IMG/VR virus record: IMGVR_UViG_3300028591_000138
Coordinates: 1 to 64,000 of that record
Origin: a virus
Lineage: Duplodnaviria; Caudoviricetes
Direction: 5' to 3' (one strand)
DNA: 64,000 nt
Shown piece after piece: positions 7,881 through 18,191 of the stretch. Within the stretch, counting starts at the first letter, position 1; each line of letters begins with the position of its first letter. The position numbers were made by a program, and so were the translations under genes. The notes under the pieces were generated by a model. The model was not told where the DNA came from and searched no databases. It was given only the letters and a program-made list of their open reading frames with translations.

Positions 7881-9518
7881 ATGAGTAAATTAAGAAAAGT
7901 CCAGTTTTTCCGTAACAGCAGCTTGACTGCCTATGCTAACCACGCTGCTGCTGTAAATGCTGCAGAATTGGCTTGGAAGGCTCAAGGCTTTGCCAATATG
8001 GAAGACGGTGAACTGTTATTGTATCGTTATACCATATCAGGTGAAACGGGTACACCAGCACATACCATTGTAGGTGTTGTAAGAAACGATGGTACCAATA
8101 AGTATTTCGAGGTTCTCGCCAACTACGATATGCTGACCAGCCAGTTCGATAGCTTGGATGTTCCTGGCTACGAGCAAGCCTATATAACTATTGGCAACGG
8201 CACTTCTACATTAACAGTCCAAGGTATCCAGGAAACCGACGGTTTGATTAGTGCTGCCGCCACTCAAGGTCTCACTATCAATATTGACGGTGAATACAAA
8301 GATATTGACAACAAGATTGCCACACAGAGCACTGTAACCAACGCTGTTGAAGCTCTGAATGGTTCTGCAACCATTGCAAGTGAATCTAACGGTGTTGTTA
8401 CTTTGAAGGTTGGTGTTCAGGAAGTGCAAGGTATCATCAGCAATGATGCAAACACTGATATTACCCTTGCTAAGGTTGCCAAGACTGGTGCTGCCGCTGA
8501 CGTAAGCATCGCTGACAGCAATAACTTGTTCACTGCAACTAACGTTGAAGATGCACTGGCTGAGGTTCAGGGTAATGTTCAGACGGTTCAAGGTAATCTT
8601 GAGACTGTTGCCGCAAGCATCAAGGATGGTGCTATTACATGGAATGACGGAACCATTGATGTTAACGTTTTCTCAGCTAACACTAACACTAACTTGACAC
8701 TTCGTCAACATGACTTTGTATATGACAGCAATGAACTTGGTGTAAATGTTCAGACCGCAACTTCCGCAACCAACAAGATTGCTACGATGGCTGATATCGC
8801 CAGCTTGACAGGTGCAATGCACTATAAAGGTGGCGTAACAGAATATCCCACTCCAACTGCAGACACCAAAGCTGGTGACACTTATATTGTAACACAGCGT
8901 TTTGAACACCCTGCACAAAGCGGTAATTGGTATGAAGTTGGTGATATGCTTGTTGCCACGGCGGATGGTACTTCTGCAACCTATACCGTTGTTCAATCGA
9001 ATTTAACCCTCGGTATGGGTACAGGCGAGGTTGCCGCTAACCAGACTGCATTGACGGTTAATCAAATTGTTGTTGCTGGCTCTACTGGTGTTCAGACCAC
9101 TGGCTACACGTTCGACGCTGAATCTACGGCTGGTAATACCACAATCGGTTCAGATTCTACCAACGCACAAGTACCTACTTCGAAGAACGTTTACGACGCT
9201 ATCCAAGATTTGGCTGTTAACAGTGTTTCGGAGACTGTTGGCGTAGGTACCGTTACCGACGGTGCGTCAATCACCGACACTCTAACCGTTGACGGAACTG
9301 CAAGCACACAGACCGTAAATATTGTTGCGACACAAGGTGTTAGTGTGACGCCTGACGCAGGTACGCAGACAATAACATTGGCAGCTAAAGTTGCTGACTA
9401 TGCTCATGTGGGGAATACGACTACAGTAACCACCGAGACTGACGCATATAACCTCTTGAAGGTTGATGCTAGCGGTAACTTGTCGGTATCAGACACCTGG
9501 GACTGCGGAACTTATTGA
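7881..9518 (+). CDS. Fibre/decoration-like structural protein
   Basis: T/A/G/N-rich; N-terminus similar to 11108, LAKVAKTG segment similar to 49958, AMHYKGGV repeat-type motif, C-terminal WDCGTY. Confidence 0.7.
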   Translation: MSKLRKVQFFRNSSLTAYANHAAAVNAAELAWKAQGFANMEDGELLLYRYTISGETGTPAHTIVGVVRNDGTNKYFEVLANYDMLTSQFDSLDVPGYEQAYITIGNGTSTLTVQGIQETDGLISAAATQGLTINIDGEYKDIDNKIATQSTVTNAVEALNGSATIASESNGVVTLKVGVQEVQGIISNDANTDITLAKVAKTGAAADVSIADSNNLFTATNVEDALAEVQGNVQTVQGNLETVAASIKDGAITWNDGTIDVNVFSANTNTNLTLRQHDFVYDSNELGVNVQTATSATNKIATMADIASLTGAMHYKGGVTEYPTPTADTKAGDTYIVTQRFEHPAQSGNWYEVGDMLVATADGTSATYTVVQSNLTLGMGTGEVAANQTALTVNQIVVAGSTGVQTTGYTFDAESTAGNTTIGSDSTNAQVPTSKNVYDAIQDLAVNSVSETVGVGTVTDGASITDTLTVDGTASTQTVNIVATQGVSVTPDAGTQTITLAAKVADYAHVGNTTTVTTETDAYNLLKVDASGNLSVSDTWDCGTY

Positions 9519-9614
9519 TTTTCAGCACTTTGAATAAAAGAAATGGGGCTAATTAAGTTTAGTCCCATTTTTATTTTTTGTTGATATTTATTATTATAAA
9601 AATTAATGGGAACT

Positions 9615-9944
9615 ATGAAAAAAACTATAAAATTGACTGAAAGTGACCTCCGCAGAATGGTGATGGAGACAGTGAAAAACACGTTAAACGAAGCTGAGAA
9701 CCATGGGTGGGTCGTTGAGGACGAAGATGCCCAGAAAGCGTACAACTTCGCCTGTCAACAGTTGGGCAAGGAAACTGTTGACGACGCAATCATCAGATGT
9801 CTCGGCAATGAAAGGCTGGCGGCAATCCTGGCATATGTTTTCAGAATGTACGACTTCCGCGAATGGGAAAACTTTTCTGGATATGACGATGACGATGACA
9901 GTTCTGGTGAGGACGTGGATGTGTACAACCTGTACACCCGATAG
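9615..9944 (+). CDS. LTES-tag protein
   Basis: MKKTIKLTESDLRRMVMETVKNTLNE (alternative start 9606). Confidence 0.75.
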   Translation: MKKTIKLTESDLRRMVMETVKNTLNEAENHGWVVEDEDAQKAYNFACQQLGKETVDDAIIRCLGNERLAAILAYVFRMYDFREWENFSGYDDDDDSSGEDVDVYNLYTR

Positions 9945-10109
9945 GCGTCCGACTCATAACCAATGTCAAAAAACTTAGGCGGAACCATTTAATTTGGCTC
10001 CGCTTTCTCTTTTTTTTGGTTTATCCTAATATTTATTATTATATTTATAATAATAGGTTTTTTAACCATTTTTGTAATTTGAAATAACAGTCTAAAGAGG
10101 AACATTTTT

Positions 10110-11060
10110 ATGCCATTGAGACACCTATATCACGTGCGCAGCAATGTTGCGACAGCTCAGGGGTTGGCGAAACTCCCCGATGTTCAGGATATTGGATACG
10201 GCGAAATTGCAATAAACTACGCACAGGGACTTGAAACGATTTCATTGAAAAACTCGAACAATGCAATTGTCCCGTTCACACCGAACACCAATTCATATGT
10301 GGCGAATGTAAATGCTGCGATAACGGAAAACTCACTGGAGAGTATTGTAACTCCAGTCAATGTTTCCAGGTATCAGGATTTCAATATTTCATACTTGGTT
10401 GGCAACACTGACGTTGCTTTCGACCTGTCGGACTTTATCGAATATATTGTTACCACGTTCTATACATCGCCGAGCCTCCATGTTGTACTTCATGTTGCCA
10501 AGGACGACGATGACTACGGCAACAACACCAACTTCATTGTGAACGCGGATTCAATGGCTCTGTTGATGGGTGACGCCAACACCCCGCTGAGCACGGCGTC
10601 CAGGATTATAGGTTTCACCAACTACGGGACATACTTCGTTGCTGGCGACTCTCCCGCAATGAACGGGATTGAAATCGACTGGGATTCGGTCACCAAGGCT
10701 ATAAGTGTCAGGTTCATGTACTCAACGGTTGTTTACGGGCTGGGCGGCACTCCGAACTATGTGTGCTCTGTGATATCGGTTCCGAACGTGACAGTGATGG
10801 ATAGAAGTGTAAATGTGCGCCAGATAATGTGCACAGACCAGATTAGCGTTAACATTAAACTCTATTCTGGGGGTGACCCGTTTGGTCAGACAATGACCTA
10901 CGAATTGCGCAACGCAAACAACCAGTCCATTGCAAACGGTACAATACAAGGTGGCAAGGGGACTATAGACATGGCTCAGTACCAGCCTGGAGAGCATACC
11001 CTATGGATTACCGACGGTAAGGGTGCTCAGAAAGTGATTCGCATAGTTAGAAAAAGTTAA
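10110..11060 (+). CDS. Putative fibre/virion protein
   Basis: N-terminal KLP..I.YGEIAINY...ETISLKN resembles phage fibre attachment domains; Ig-like C-terminus. Confidence 0.6.
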   Translation: MPLRHLYHVRSNVATAQGLAKLPDVQDIGYGEIAINYAQGLETISLKNSNNAIVPFTPNTNSYVANVNAAITENSLESIVTPVNVSRYQDFNISYLVGNTDVAFDLSDFIEYIVTTFYTSPSLHVVLHVAKDDDDYGNNTNFIVNADSMALLMGDANTPLSTASRIIGFTNYGTYFVAGDSPAMNGIEIDWDSVTKAISVRFMYSTVVYGLGGTPNYVCSVISVPNVTVMDRSVNVRQIMCTDQISVNIKLYSGGDPFGQTMTYELRNANNQSIANGTIQGGKGTIDMAQYQPGEHTLWITDGKGAQKVIRIVRKS

Positions 11061-11107
11061 TTAATGAGAAAATTGGATAATAAAATAGAATAATTTTACA
11101 CTATAAT

Positions 11108-13663
11108 ATGCCTTCGAACAATTATTTATACGGACACAAGCACATCCTCCTACGCAACGGCGAGGTCTTCGCGGACAGGGCTGCAGCAGTGCAGGAGATA
11201 AACAGCCTCCACAGCCAGGGGGTTTTCTCGGATGGCGAAATTGTTACCGCCAGATATTTCCACATGGACGGCAATAACACGAAAGTGATTCGTGCGTTGT
11301 TGGCTGAATGTGTAACAGTTGACTATGTGGATTCTACTACAAGCATTGCTGTACATGAGAACAGGATGGAGTTCTTCGACAACACTGATGAAATATTCGA
11401 TAACATTGAGGTTATACAGGGTGTTCAGGGAACCCAAGGTAGCATAGGAGCACAGGGTGCTCAGGGTACGCAGGGTATCAAGGGTGACACTGGAGCACAG
11501 GGTGCTCAGGGTACGCAGGGTATCAAGGGCAACACTGGAGCACAGGGCGCTCAAGGTACGCAAGGTATCAAGGGCGGCACTGGAGCACAGGGTGCTCAGG
11601 GTACGCAAGGTATCAAAGGCGACACTGGAGCACAGGGTAGCGTAGGCGCGCAAGGCGCCAAGGGTACACAAGGTACTGCTGGTACCAATGGAGCCCAAGG
11701 TAGCGTAGGCGCGCAAGGCGCCAAGGGTACGCAAGGTACTGCTGGTACGAACGGTGCACAGGGTAGCGTAGGCGCGCAAGGCGCTACGGGTGCCCAAGGC
11801 GCGAAAGGAGCCCAGGGTAACGTAGGTGCTCAGGGTGCTACGGGTGCCCAAGGTACTGCTGGTACCAATGGAGCACAGGGTAGCGTAGGCGCGCAAGGCG
11901 CCAAGGGTACGCAAGGTACTGCTGGTACGAACGGTGCACAGGGTAGCGTAGGCGCGCAAGGCGCGAAAGGTGCCCAAGGTACTGCTGGTACCAATGGAGC
12001 ACAGGGTAGCGTAGGCGCGCAAGGCGCGAAAGGTGCCCAAGGTACTGCTGGTACCAATGGAGCACAGGGTAGCGTAGGCGCACAAGGCGCGAAAGGTGCC
12101 CAAGGTACTGCTGGTACCAATGGCGCACAGGGTAGCGTAGGCGCACAAGGCGCGAAAGGTGCCCAAGGTACTGCTGGTACCAATGGAGCACAGGGTAGCG
12201 TAGGCGCACAAGGCGCGAAAGGTACACAAGGTACCGCTGGTACGAACGGCGCACAGGGTAGTGTAGGCGCACAAGGCGCCAAGGGTACGCAAGGTACTGC
12301 TGGTACCAATGGAGCACAGGGTAGCGTAGGCGCTCAAGGCGCCAAAGGTGACACTGGCGCACAGGGTGCTCAGGGTACACAAGGTATCAAGGGCGACACT
12401 GGAGCCCAGGGTAGCGTAGGCGCACAAGGCGCCAAAGGTACGCAAGGTACTGCTGGTACCAATGGAGCACAGGGCGCTCAAGGTACGCAGGGTATTATGG
12501 GTGCCAATAATCTTGACCTCGTGTTTCAATTGGGTGTACAAAACAATGAGGTTGTAATTACCAGCGCTAGTCAAACTGTTTCACAGGTGTTGACAGCCAT
12601 TTCTAATGGGCGAAAAGTTACAACAACTATTATAGTCGAAGACAGTTATTATAGTAACTGTGATAGCGTATGGTGTACAGTCAGTGGCGATGAATATTTT
12701 GAAAGTTTTGTTCCTACTTGGGGTGAAATTTTTGAAATCTATGGTGATTTAGTTAATGACTGGGAATTTACCAACAACGAATACAAAACCAAACAAACAT
12801 ATATACCCAGCCCGACGGCTTCTGGAACAGCAACTCAGTTTATAACAACTATTGAGCAAAATGAAAACGGAGAAATTTATGCTACAAAAAGTAACGTTAA
12901 TGTTGTAGACAGAAAAGTTGAACAAACAGGGACAAAACCTCTAGATATAGCCCTTCCAGTAATATTTCAATTTCCAGACCCTGGGACTAAGACTGATGTT
13001 GTTGCAATCGATATAGAGTATGGTTCAAGCCGATTTAGTTATAACCCGAATGCGGGTGTTTTAAGTGCACCTTATTTCAAGGGTGACGGTCGTTTTTTAG
13101 CCAATATTCCTACGGGTTCACATACGCACGGAAACATTCAAAACAGCGGAACGCTACAAACCAACGATGTGACAATAGCCACAGGTGACAAGTTGGTTAT
13201 AACAGATTCCTCCGACAGCGATAAGATTGCAAGGTCATCATTATCATTTAATACAGTGCACCAGGACAAGTTTCTTAGACAAGACGGTACATGGCAAACA
13301 ATAAGAATACCGCAAACAACGTTTAAGTTTGACACACTAACAAACAATCAAACGGCTGTAACTTTTGCCGACACTCCTTGTTACTATGATGTAGCAGTAA
13401 CTGGAGCAACACAAACATTTAATATAAGCATTCCAGCAGCAAACGAATATACCAACTATTTATTGGTAAAAAACACAGGCAGCGCTGAATGTACAATAGC
13501 TTTGGCTAAAGCGAGTGGTATGGGGTGGACTAAATTTGTATTACCGTCAAACACAATAACTGTTGCAAGTGGGAAGGCTATTGAAATATCGTTTGTTTCA
13601 GATTCAACAGGTGCTGTTCTATATATCACAAACTCAGCAGAATTAACAATTCAAACATTATAA
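11108..13663 (+). CDS. Collagen-like tail fibre protein
   Basis: About 120 uninterrupted G-X-Y triplets; HTHGNI and KFLRQDGTW motifs typical of phage fibres. Confidence 0.85.
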   Translation: MPSNNYLYGHKHILLRNGEVFADRAAAVQEINSLHSQGVFSDGEIVTARYFHMDGNNTKVIRALLAECVTVDYVDSTTSIAVHENRMEFFDNTDEIFDNIEVIQGVQGTQGSIGAQGAQGTQGIKGDTGAQGAQGTQGIKGNTGAQGAQGTQGIKGGTGAQGAQGTQGIKGDTGAQGSVGAQGAKGTQGTAGTNGAQGSVGAQGAKGTQGTAGTNGAQGSVGAQGATGAQGAKGAQGNVGAQGATGAQGTAGTNGAQGSVGAQGAKGTQGTAGTNGAQGSVGAQGAKGAQGTAGTNGAQGSVGAQGAKGAQGTAGTNGAQGSVGAQGAKGAQGTAGTNGAQGSVGAQGAKGAQGTAGTNGAQGSVGAQGAKGTQGTAGTNGAQGSVGAQGAKGTQGTAGTNGAQGSVGAQGAKGDTGAQGAQGTQGIKGDTGAQGSVGAQGAKGTQGTAGTNGAQGAQGTQGIMGANNLDLVFQLGVQNNEVVITSASQTVSQVLTAISNGRKVTTTIIVEDSYYSNCDSVWCTVSGDEYFESFVPTWGEIFEIYGDLVNDWEFTNNEYKTKQTYIPSPTASGTATQFITTIEQNENGEIYATKSNVNVVDRKVEQTGTKPLDIALPVIFQFPDPGTKTDVVAIDIEYGSSRFSYNPNAGVLSAPYFKGDGRFLANIPTGSHTHGNIQNSGTLQTNDVTIATGDKLVITDSSDSDKIARSSLSFNTVHQDKFLRQDGTWQTIRIPQTTFKFDTLTNNQTAVTFADTPCYYDVAVTGATQTFNISIPAANEYTNYLLVKNTGSAECTIALAKASGMGWTKFVLPSNTITVASGKAIEISFVSDSTGAVLYITNSAELTIQTL
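11417..12505 (+). repeat. Collagen tandem repeats, 63-bp unit (GTAGTNGAQGSVGAQGAKG[AT]Q, about 11 copies) plus 45-bp GAQGAQGTQGIKGDT units
   Basis: Near-identical nucleotide repeats directly visible. Confidence 0.95.
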
Positions 13664-13665
13664 TA

Positions 13666-14178
13666 ATGACTTATTATGTAGTAAATAACAGAAAAATTGT
13701 AGGGTTTGCTTTGCCAATCAATTTGGCGATGAATGTTGGTTTTGTCCCTCTTACCGAGGAGCAAACTGCGTTCTATGAGGAGCACCCAACAGCAAGTGTC
13801 GGAGAGGTGTTGAAGGGTGAATTGATTCAAACGTACACACCGCCAGAAGAATCTATATTAAGCCATGCTGAAAGTGTTGTATCCGACCTAAAAGCAGCAT
13901 GTTATGGGAGTGTTACTATTTCATCGCTAGAGTATTCGGTTGCTGTTGCTTGTGTAAATGGCACGTCGTTGCTTTTTACTGGTGACAGATACTATTCGGT
14001 TATTGAAGCCAAAAATATCATCAAACAGTTTATGAATGAGAGTAACAGAGCACTTACCATATACAACACATACAAAACACAGATAGAGTCGGCAAAAACA
14101 AAGGAAGAAATTAATAATTTATATTCACAAGCAATGGAGGCGTTAAATGGTGAGGACAATTCCAATCAAACGAAATAG
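13666..14178 (+). CDS. Putative tail fibre assembly chaperone
   Basis: Directly follows the fibre gene; C-terminal IESAKTKEEIN resembles DUF4376/Tfa-type tails. Confidence 0.55.
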   Translation: MTYYVVNNRKIVGFALPINLAMNVGFVPLTEEQTAFYEEHPTASVGEVLKGELIQTYTPPEESILSHAESVVSDLKAACYGSVTISSLEYSVAVACVNGTSLLFTGDRYYSVIEAKNIIKQFMNESNRALTIYNTYKTQIESAKTKEEINNLYSQAMEALNGEDNSNQTK

Positions 14179-14347
14179 AACAAACATATTAACAATATTA
14201 TCGTTAATAATACTTCTGTATGTGAGCTTAATGACTACTTGGTATACAAGTACGGGCGAACGCGTCACAAATTATGACGATATTATTACAGACCAAGCCT
14301 TATTATGGACTACTGATACTACATGGATAGGAGGATGGAATGAGTAA
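14147..14347 (+). CDS. Small hydrophobic protein
   Basis: 66 aa with one TM-like segment; fills the gap and overlaps both neighbours. Confidence 0.4.
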   Translation: MVRTIPIKRNRTNILTILSLIILLYVSLMTTWYTSTGERVTNYDDIITDQALLWTTDTTWIGGWNE

Positions 14348-15143
14348 AAGGCACACTGACATAAAAATATTTGATAAAAATCGCTTTACTGTTAATAGTA
14401 ACGGTGGTTGTGTTGCATTTGCCCCAGGGAATTTGCAATACCGCGCCTCAGATGGCAAATGGAGGTTCGCTGAACACCAATATGATGTGTTACGTAGTGG
14501 CGGTGGCAATGCAACCACAATGCCAGCAAGACAAACACAGACAGCATGGATAGACATCTTTAATTATGGTGCTACTGGCTATAATAATGGTCAAGCAGCA
14601 TACTTGCCATATACTATAGATACTACTTCAACACATTTTTATGTTGGCAATACAGCAGGAACATCGGCAGACTTTTCTTATCCTTACAATCAACAAGAAG
14701 GCACAGCATTTAGAAACCTTACTAACAACGAATACGAGTATGTCTTATTTACTAGAACAGGTGAAAGATTCGCAAAAGCTACTGTAGCAGGCGTAGAAGG
14801 TCTAATACTAATACCGAATGATACAATTAGTGGCCTAAATTCTGTAAATGTGGCGAGTGCTTCATTTGCAGCAAATATAATATCTGCTATAGATTGGTCT
14901 AACTATGAAAATGAAGGCTTCATTTTCTTGCCAGCAGGTGGCTATAGAAGAGGCACATCAGTAGACCAAATTGCAAGCGACCTATTGGCTGGATTTTATC
15001 AATGCTCAACTGATAGAGCAAGTTCAGGACAAAGCGAACGTGACTACTTTATACAGTTTAAGTGTGGGTCACAGAATATTGTTGATATGGGCTATTCAGC
15101 AAAACGCGATGGCAAATCAATACGATTAATACTAGATTTATGA
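14340..15143 (+). CDS. MSKRH-array protein 1: Bacteroidales-type C-type-lectin-like domain
   Basis: VAFAPGNLQY...WRFAEHQYD...WIDIF...GLILIP...FLPAGGYR...SIRL pattern. Confidence 0.75.
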   Translation: MSKRHTDIKIFDKNRFTVNSNGGCVAFAPGNLQYRASDGKWRFAEHQYDVLRSGGGNATTMPARQTQTAWIDIFNYGATGYNNGQAAYLPYTIDTTSTHFYVGNTAGTSADFSYPYNQQEGTAFRNLTNNEYEYVLFTRTGERFAKATVAGVEGLILIPNDTISGLNSVNVASASFAANIISAIDWSNYENEGFIFLPAGGYRRGTSVDQIASDLLAGFYQCSTDRASSGQSERDYFIQFKCGSQNIVDMGYSAKRDGKSIRLILDL

Positions 15144-15895
15144 GCAAACGTCATACAATATTAGGAGGCTCACAGCCAATACCACCAGTACCGTCAAGTG
15201 TATTGTGGTCAGAAGACTTAGTTTTCTATGCACCATTGAATCAGGGTGAACTGTTTGACTACATCAGCGGTGAAGTAGGCACAACATCAGAATATGCTTG
15301 GGCAACATGGGATGCCAACGAGCAAATGTACCAGCTTGGTTACGAACATCCAACACTGACATTCACAGGATGTTCAGCGTTGTTGTTCAACAGTCAAGCT
15401 TGCATGTCAAACTTAAATAGAGGTGTGCTTAGCAAAGCATTTACCATCATGATTCGCTATAAAGATGTAGCCTTTGAAGGAAATTCTTGGCGTATGGCTC
15501 GAGCTTTTACAATGAACAGGCATTCAGAAGTGTATTATAACAACACTTACAACAGTGGTCAAGGCATTAATATGTGGATTGACGGCTATCGTCAAGGCAT
15601 GACACAAACAACTATGCCAAGTGCAGCTATGACATTTAGAACTGTTATTTCGACATACACAGCAACAAACTGGACAACTTATGTCAACGCGACACAGAAA
15701 GGTTCATACAGTATTGGCTCCGAACAATGGTATATGCCGACATCACTGGCTTTGTGTGATAAGAGTGGCATTCCTAACCAACAGTCATCACAGTATAATA
15801 CAAAGAAGCATATCATAAACATTAAAGATGTCCGTGTGTATGCAAAGACATGCACGGCAGCTGAGGTGATGCAATTAACAAACAATGTGATATGA
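15140..15895 (+). CDS. MSKRH-array protein 2: LamG/ConA-like domain
   Basis: LVFYAPL...; C-terminal IKDVRVYAKTCTAAEV is typical of LamG-like folds. Confidence 0.7.
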   Translation: MSKRHTILGGSQPIPPVPSSVLWSEDLVFYAPLNQGELFDYISGEVGTTSEYAWATWDANEQMYQLGYEHPTLTFTGCSALLFNSQACMSNLNRGVLSKAFTIMIRYKDVAFEGNSWRMARAFTMNRHSEVYYNNTYNSGQGINMWIDGYRQGMTQTTMPSAAMTFRTVISTYTATNWTTYVNATQKGSYSIGSEQWYMPTSLALCDKSGIPNQQSSQYNTKKHIINIKDVRVYAKTCTAAEVMQLTNNVI

Positions 15896-16728
15896 GCAAG
15901 AGACACGCAATAGATGGTTTGTTGAACGGACATCATTATAGATGTTTGACAAAAGACGAAATGTATTATCTTGTTTGGCAGCGTCCTACATCCACAGTAA
16001 ACGGAGTACAAAATGCACGATGGTGTAATGCTTATGTCAATTCTGTTCGTGGATTTTTATTGCTGCCCGACAACTTCTCACTGCCAAACGGTATCTCGAT
16101 GACAAATATCAATGTAAACAAAATGTCATCGCCCACAAACAATTATACTATATCTCAATGGGAGACTTTGCAAGATGCTGGGTGTAGATTTTTTGCAGCC
16201 GCTGGTGTTGTTTATCCCACATCAAACCATCAATATACAATGGGTAACGAAATGGTATGTGTATGGCTGTCTACAATAAGTCAATCTCCGAGTGTGGATG
16301 TATTCATGTGTCGACCTAATAGGTTTGAAATATTAGGTTATGGTGACAGAATGAATAGATTACCTGTAAGACTTTTTGACACTGACGGCTTTGGGTTCTC
16401 AATATCACCAACGCAACAAGTTGATATAACTCGCGGGCACTTACAGTATTATCCTGCTGATAATCTTTGGCGCATTGCTCCAAATGCATATGACTACATA
16501 GGGAGTACAAATAGGAATTACATAGATGCCCAGTATGCTGGGTGGTTGGATTTGTTTAGCTATGCAAGTTCAGGATGGTCTGGTGGAATTATAAATTATG
16601 CTCCTGCAGGCGTTTGGTCAAGTCAAAATTCGGACTACTATATTGGAGGAGATGCAAGTCAACCGATGCTTGACAATTATGCAAGGTGTGACTGGGGTAT
16701 CTTCAATAACGAAATAATATCTCAATAG
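15892..16728 (+). CDS. MSKRH-array protein 3: circularly permuted paralogue of protein 1
   Basis: Same motifs as 14340 with the halves swapped. Confidence 0.75.
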   Translation: MSKRHAIDGLLNGHHYRCLTKDEMYYLVWQRPTSTVNGVQNARWCNAYVNSVRGFLLLPDNFSLPNGISMTNINVNKMSSPTNNYTISQWETLQDAGCRFFAAAGVVYPTSNHQYTMGNEMVCVWLSTISQSPSVDVFMCRPNRFEILGYGDRMNRLPVRLFDTDGFGFSISPTQQVDITRGHLQYYPADNLWRIAPNAYDYIGSTNRNYIDAQYAGWLDLFSYASSGWSGGIINYAPAGVWSSQNSDYYIGGDASQPMLDNYARCDWGIFNNEIISQ

Positions 16729-16732
16729 CATT

Positions 16733-17440
16733 ATGAGTAAGAGACACTATAATATAGAACAAGGCGGTTGGAACCCACTGACAGACCCGACTTTAATATT
16801 CTATGCTCCAATGAGTAACGGAGACCTCACAGACCACATAAGCGGTAACAGTCTTAATATGGTCAATCCGAGCAGGGTAACGTGGGAGAACAGTGTCGGA
16901 ATGTACAAGGTAATAAAGGAGACACAAGCCAATGAGATGTATTGGAATGTCAATCTGAGATATGACGCAATGACCAATCCCTATGGAATACAGGCAGTTA
17001 ATACGCAGGACTATACTCTCTATTGCTATTGTCAGAGGTTGAGTGAGACTTATTATTCATATCCGCCATTTTTTATACTAGGCTCATACGTTAGTAGTAC
17101 TTCATGGAACCCGTCATTGCAATCTAATAGATTCGACGAAACAGGTTCTCGAGAGTTCCTGCTAGGTCGATGTTGTGTAAAGCAAGGCGGCTATTACGAC
17201 ACCTACAGTTATTATAACAACGAGTTGTGTTTAATAGAGAATGAAGCAATAAGCAACACATCGCTACAGTATTGTAGTAATTGGGTAAATGACAACTTTG
17301 TAAGAGTTGCTGTAAATCCCAAGCGTGGCAGCCAAGACCCGAATATAAACATATACATAAGTAATTTAATGATATTTAGTCGAGCATTGACTGATGACGA
17401 GATAATATTTTTATCAAATAACTTTACAGATTGGCTATGA
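16733..17440 (+). CDS. MSKRH-array protein 4: LamG/ConA-like, paralogue of protein 2
   Basis: LIFYAPMSNGDLTDHISG versus LVFYAPLNQGELFDYISG; C-terminal ISNLMIFSRALTDDEI. Confidence 0.7.
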   Translation: MSKRHYNIEQGGWNPLTDPTLIFYAPMSNGDLTDHISGNSLNMVNPSRVTWENSVGMYKVIKETQANEMYWNVNLRYDAMTNPYGIQAVNTQDYTLYCYCQRLSETYYSYPPFFILGSYVSSTSWNPSLQSNRFDETGSREFLLGRCCVKQGGYYDTYSYYNNELCLIENEAISNTSLQYCSNWVNDNFVRVAVNPKRGSQDPNINIYISNLMIFSRALTDDEIIFLSNNFTDWL

Positions 17441-18054
17441 GTAGGAGACATGGAGACATACGTAAGCTAATACCATCAGATTATAGTGTTGTCGATTGCA
17501 TTATATCTTCTGGACAGCAATGGATTGATACAGGCATAGCTTGCACAGAATCTACAGGTGGCATGGTTGACATGAATTTACTGTCGAATGCCAGCAAGCC
17601 ATATATGCTAGCATGCTACAAAAATGGTGTGCGTGGCTATCTTATTGGCTGCGAAACACCGAACTATGCATATGGCTATGGCAACGTTAGATTTGTCAAT
17701 ACTAGTATTAACTTTCCGACTAACGAACGACATGAATTTAAGACAATGTTTGCTAATGGTCATCAATATGCAGCAATCGATGACCATGTCATTTATCAGA
17801 CAGCATTATCAGGCAGTTTTACTACTGATAATATAGCATTATCTTTGTTTGCTTTGCAAAATTCTTATGCAGGCAGTATGCAACAGTATTGCAAAGCTAA
17901 ACTATATGCTGCAACATTATGGCAAAATGACATTGCTGTGAGAGATTTTGTGCCAGTCATTAGACTGCAAGATAATAAGCCAGGCCTATATGATATCATA
18001 GGACAGGCTTTCTATGTCAATCAAGGAACTGACAACGACTTTAGTTATGAGTAA
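17437..18054 (+). CDS. MSRRH-array protein 5: phage beta-sandwich domain
   Basis: SSGQQWIDTG...VRDFVPV...PGLYDII...FYVNQGT pattern common in phage tail-associated proteins. Confidence 0.7.
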   Translation: MSRRHGDIRKLIPSDYSVVDCIISSGQQWIDTGIACTESTGGMVDMNLLSNASKPYMLACYKNGVRGYLIGCETPNYAYGYGNVRFVNTSINFPTNERHEFKTMFANGHQYAAIDDHVIYQTALSGSFTTDNIALSLFALQNSYAGSMQQYCKAKLYAATLWQNDIAVRDFVPVIRLQDNKPGLYDIIGQAFYVNQGTDNDFSYE

Positions 18055-18191
18055 ACGACACGCTGACATTATCAATGAGGAACCATATTAGGTCGGACAC
18101 ATCAAGTAATACGCAAGCAACTAATTGTTGGGTCAAAAATATCAAGATTTTTAACACCGAATTAACTGAAAGACAAGTTTTAGCTCTATGA
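18047..18191 (+). pseudogene. Internally deleted sixth MSKRH cassette
   Basis: MSKRHADIINEEPY* followed out of frame by ...NCWVKNIKIFNTELTERQVLAL*, a LamG-type C-terminus. Confidence 0.7.

Noticed and set aside
11417-12505. CRISPR-like regular repeats
   Set aside because: The repeats are contiguous, in frame and encode collagen triplets, with no unique spacers
11150-12574. Long antisense ORFs (also 2908-3489, 4051-4800, 26450-27133, 55175-56059, 56097-56708)
   Set aside because: Shadows of repetitive or codon-biased genes on the opposite strand, with no motifs of their own
14340-18054. Diversity-generating retroelement or shufflon acting on the lectin-like genes
   Set aside because: No reverse transcriptase, TR/VR pair, invertase or inverted cassettes seen in the window; the shared starts differ at synonymous positions. 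A remote DGR cannot be excluded.
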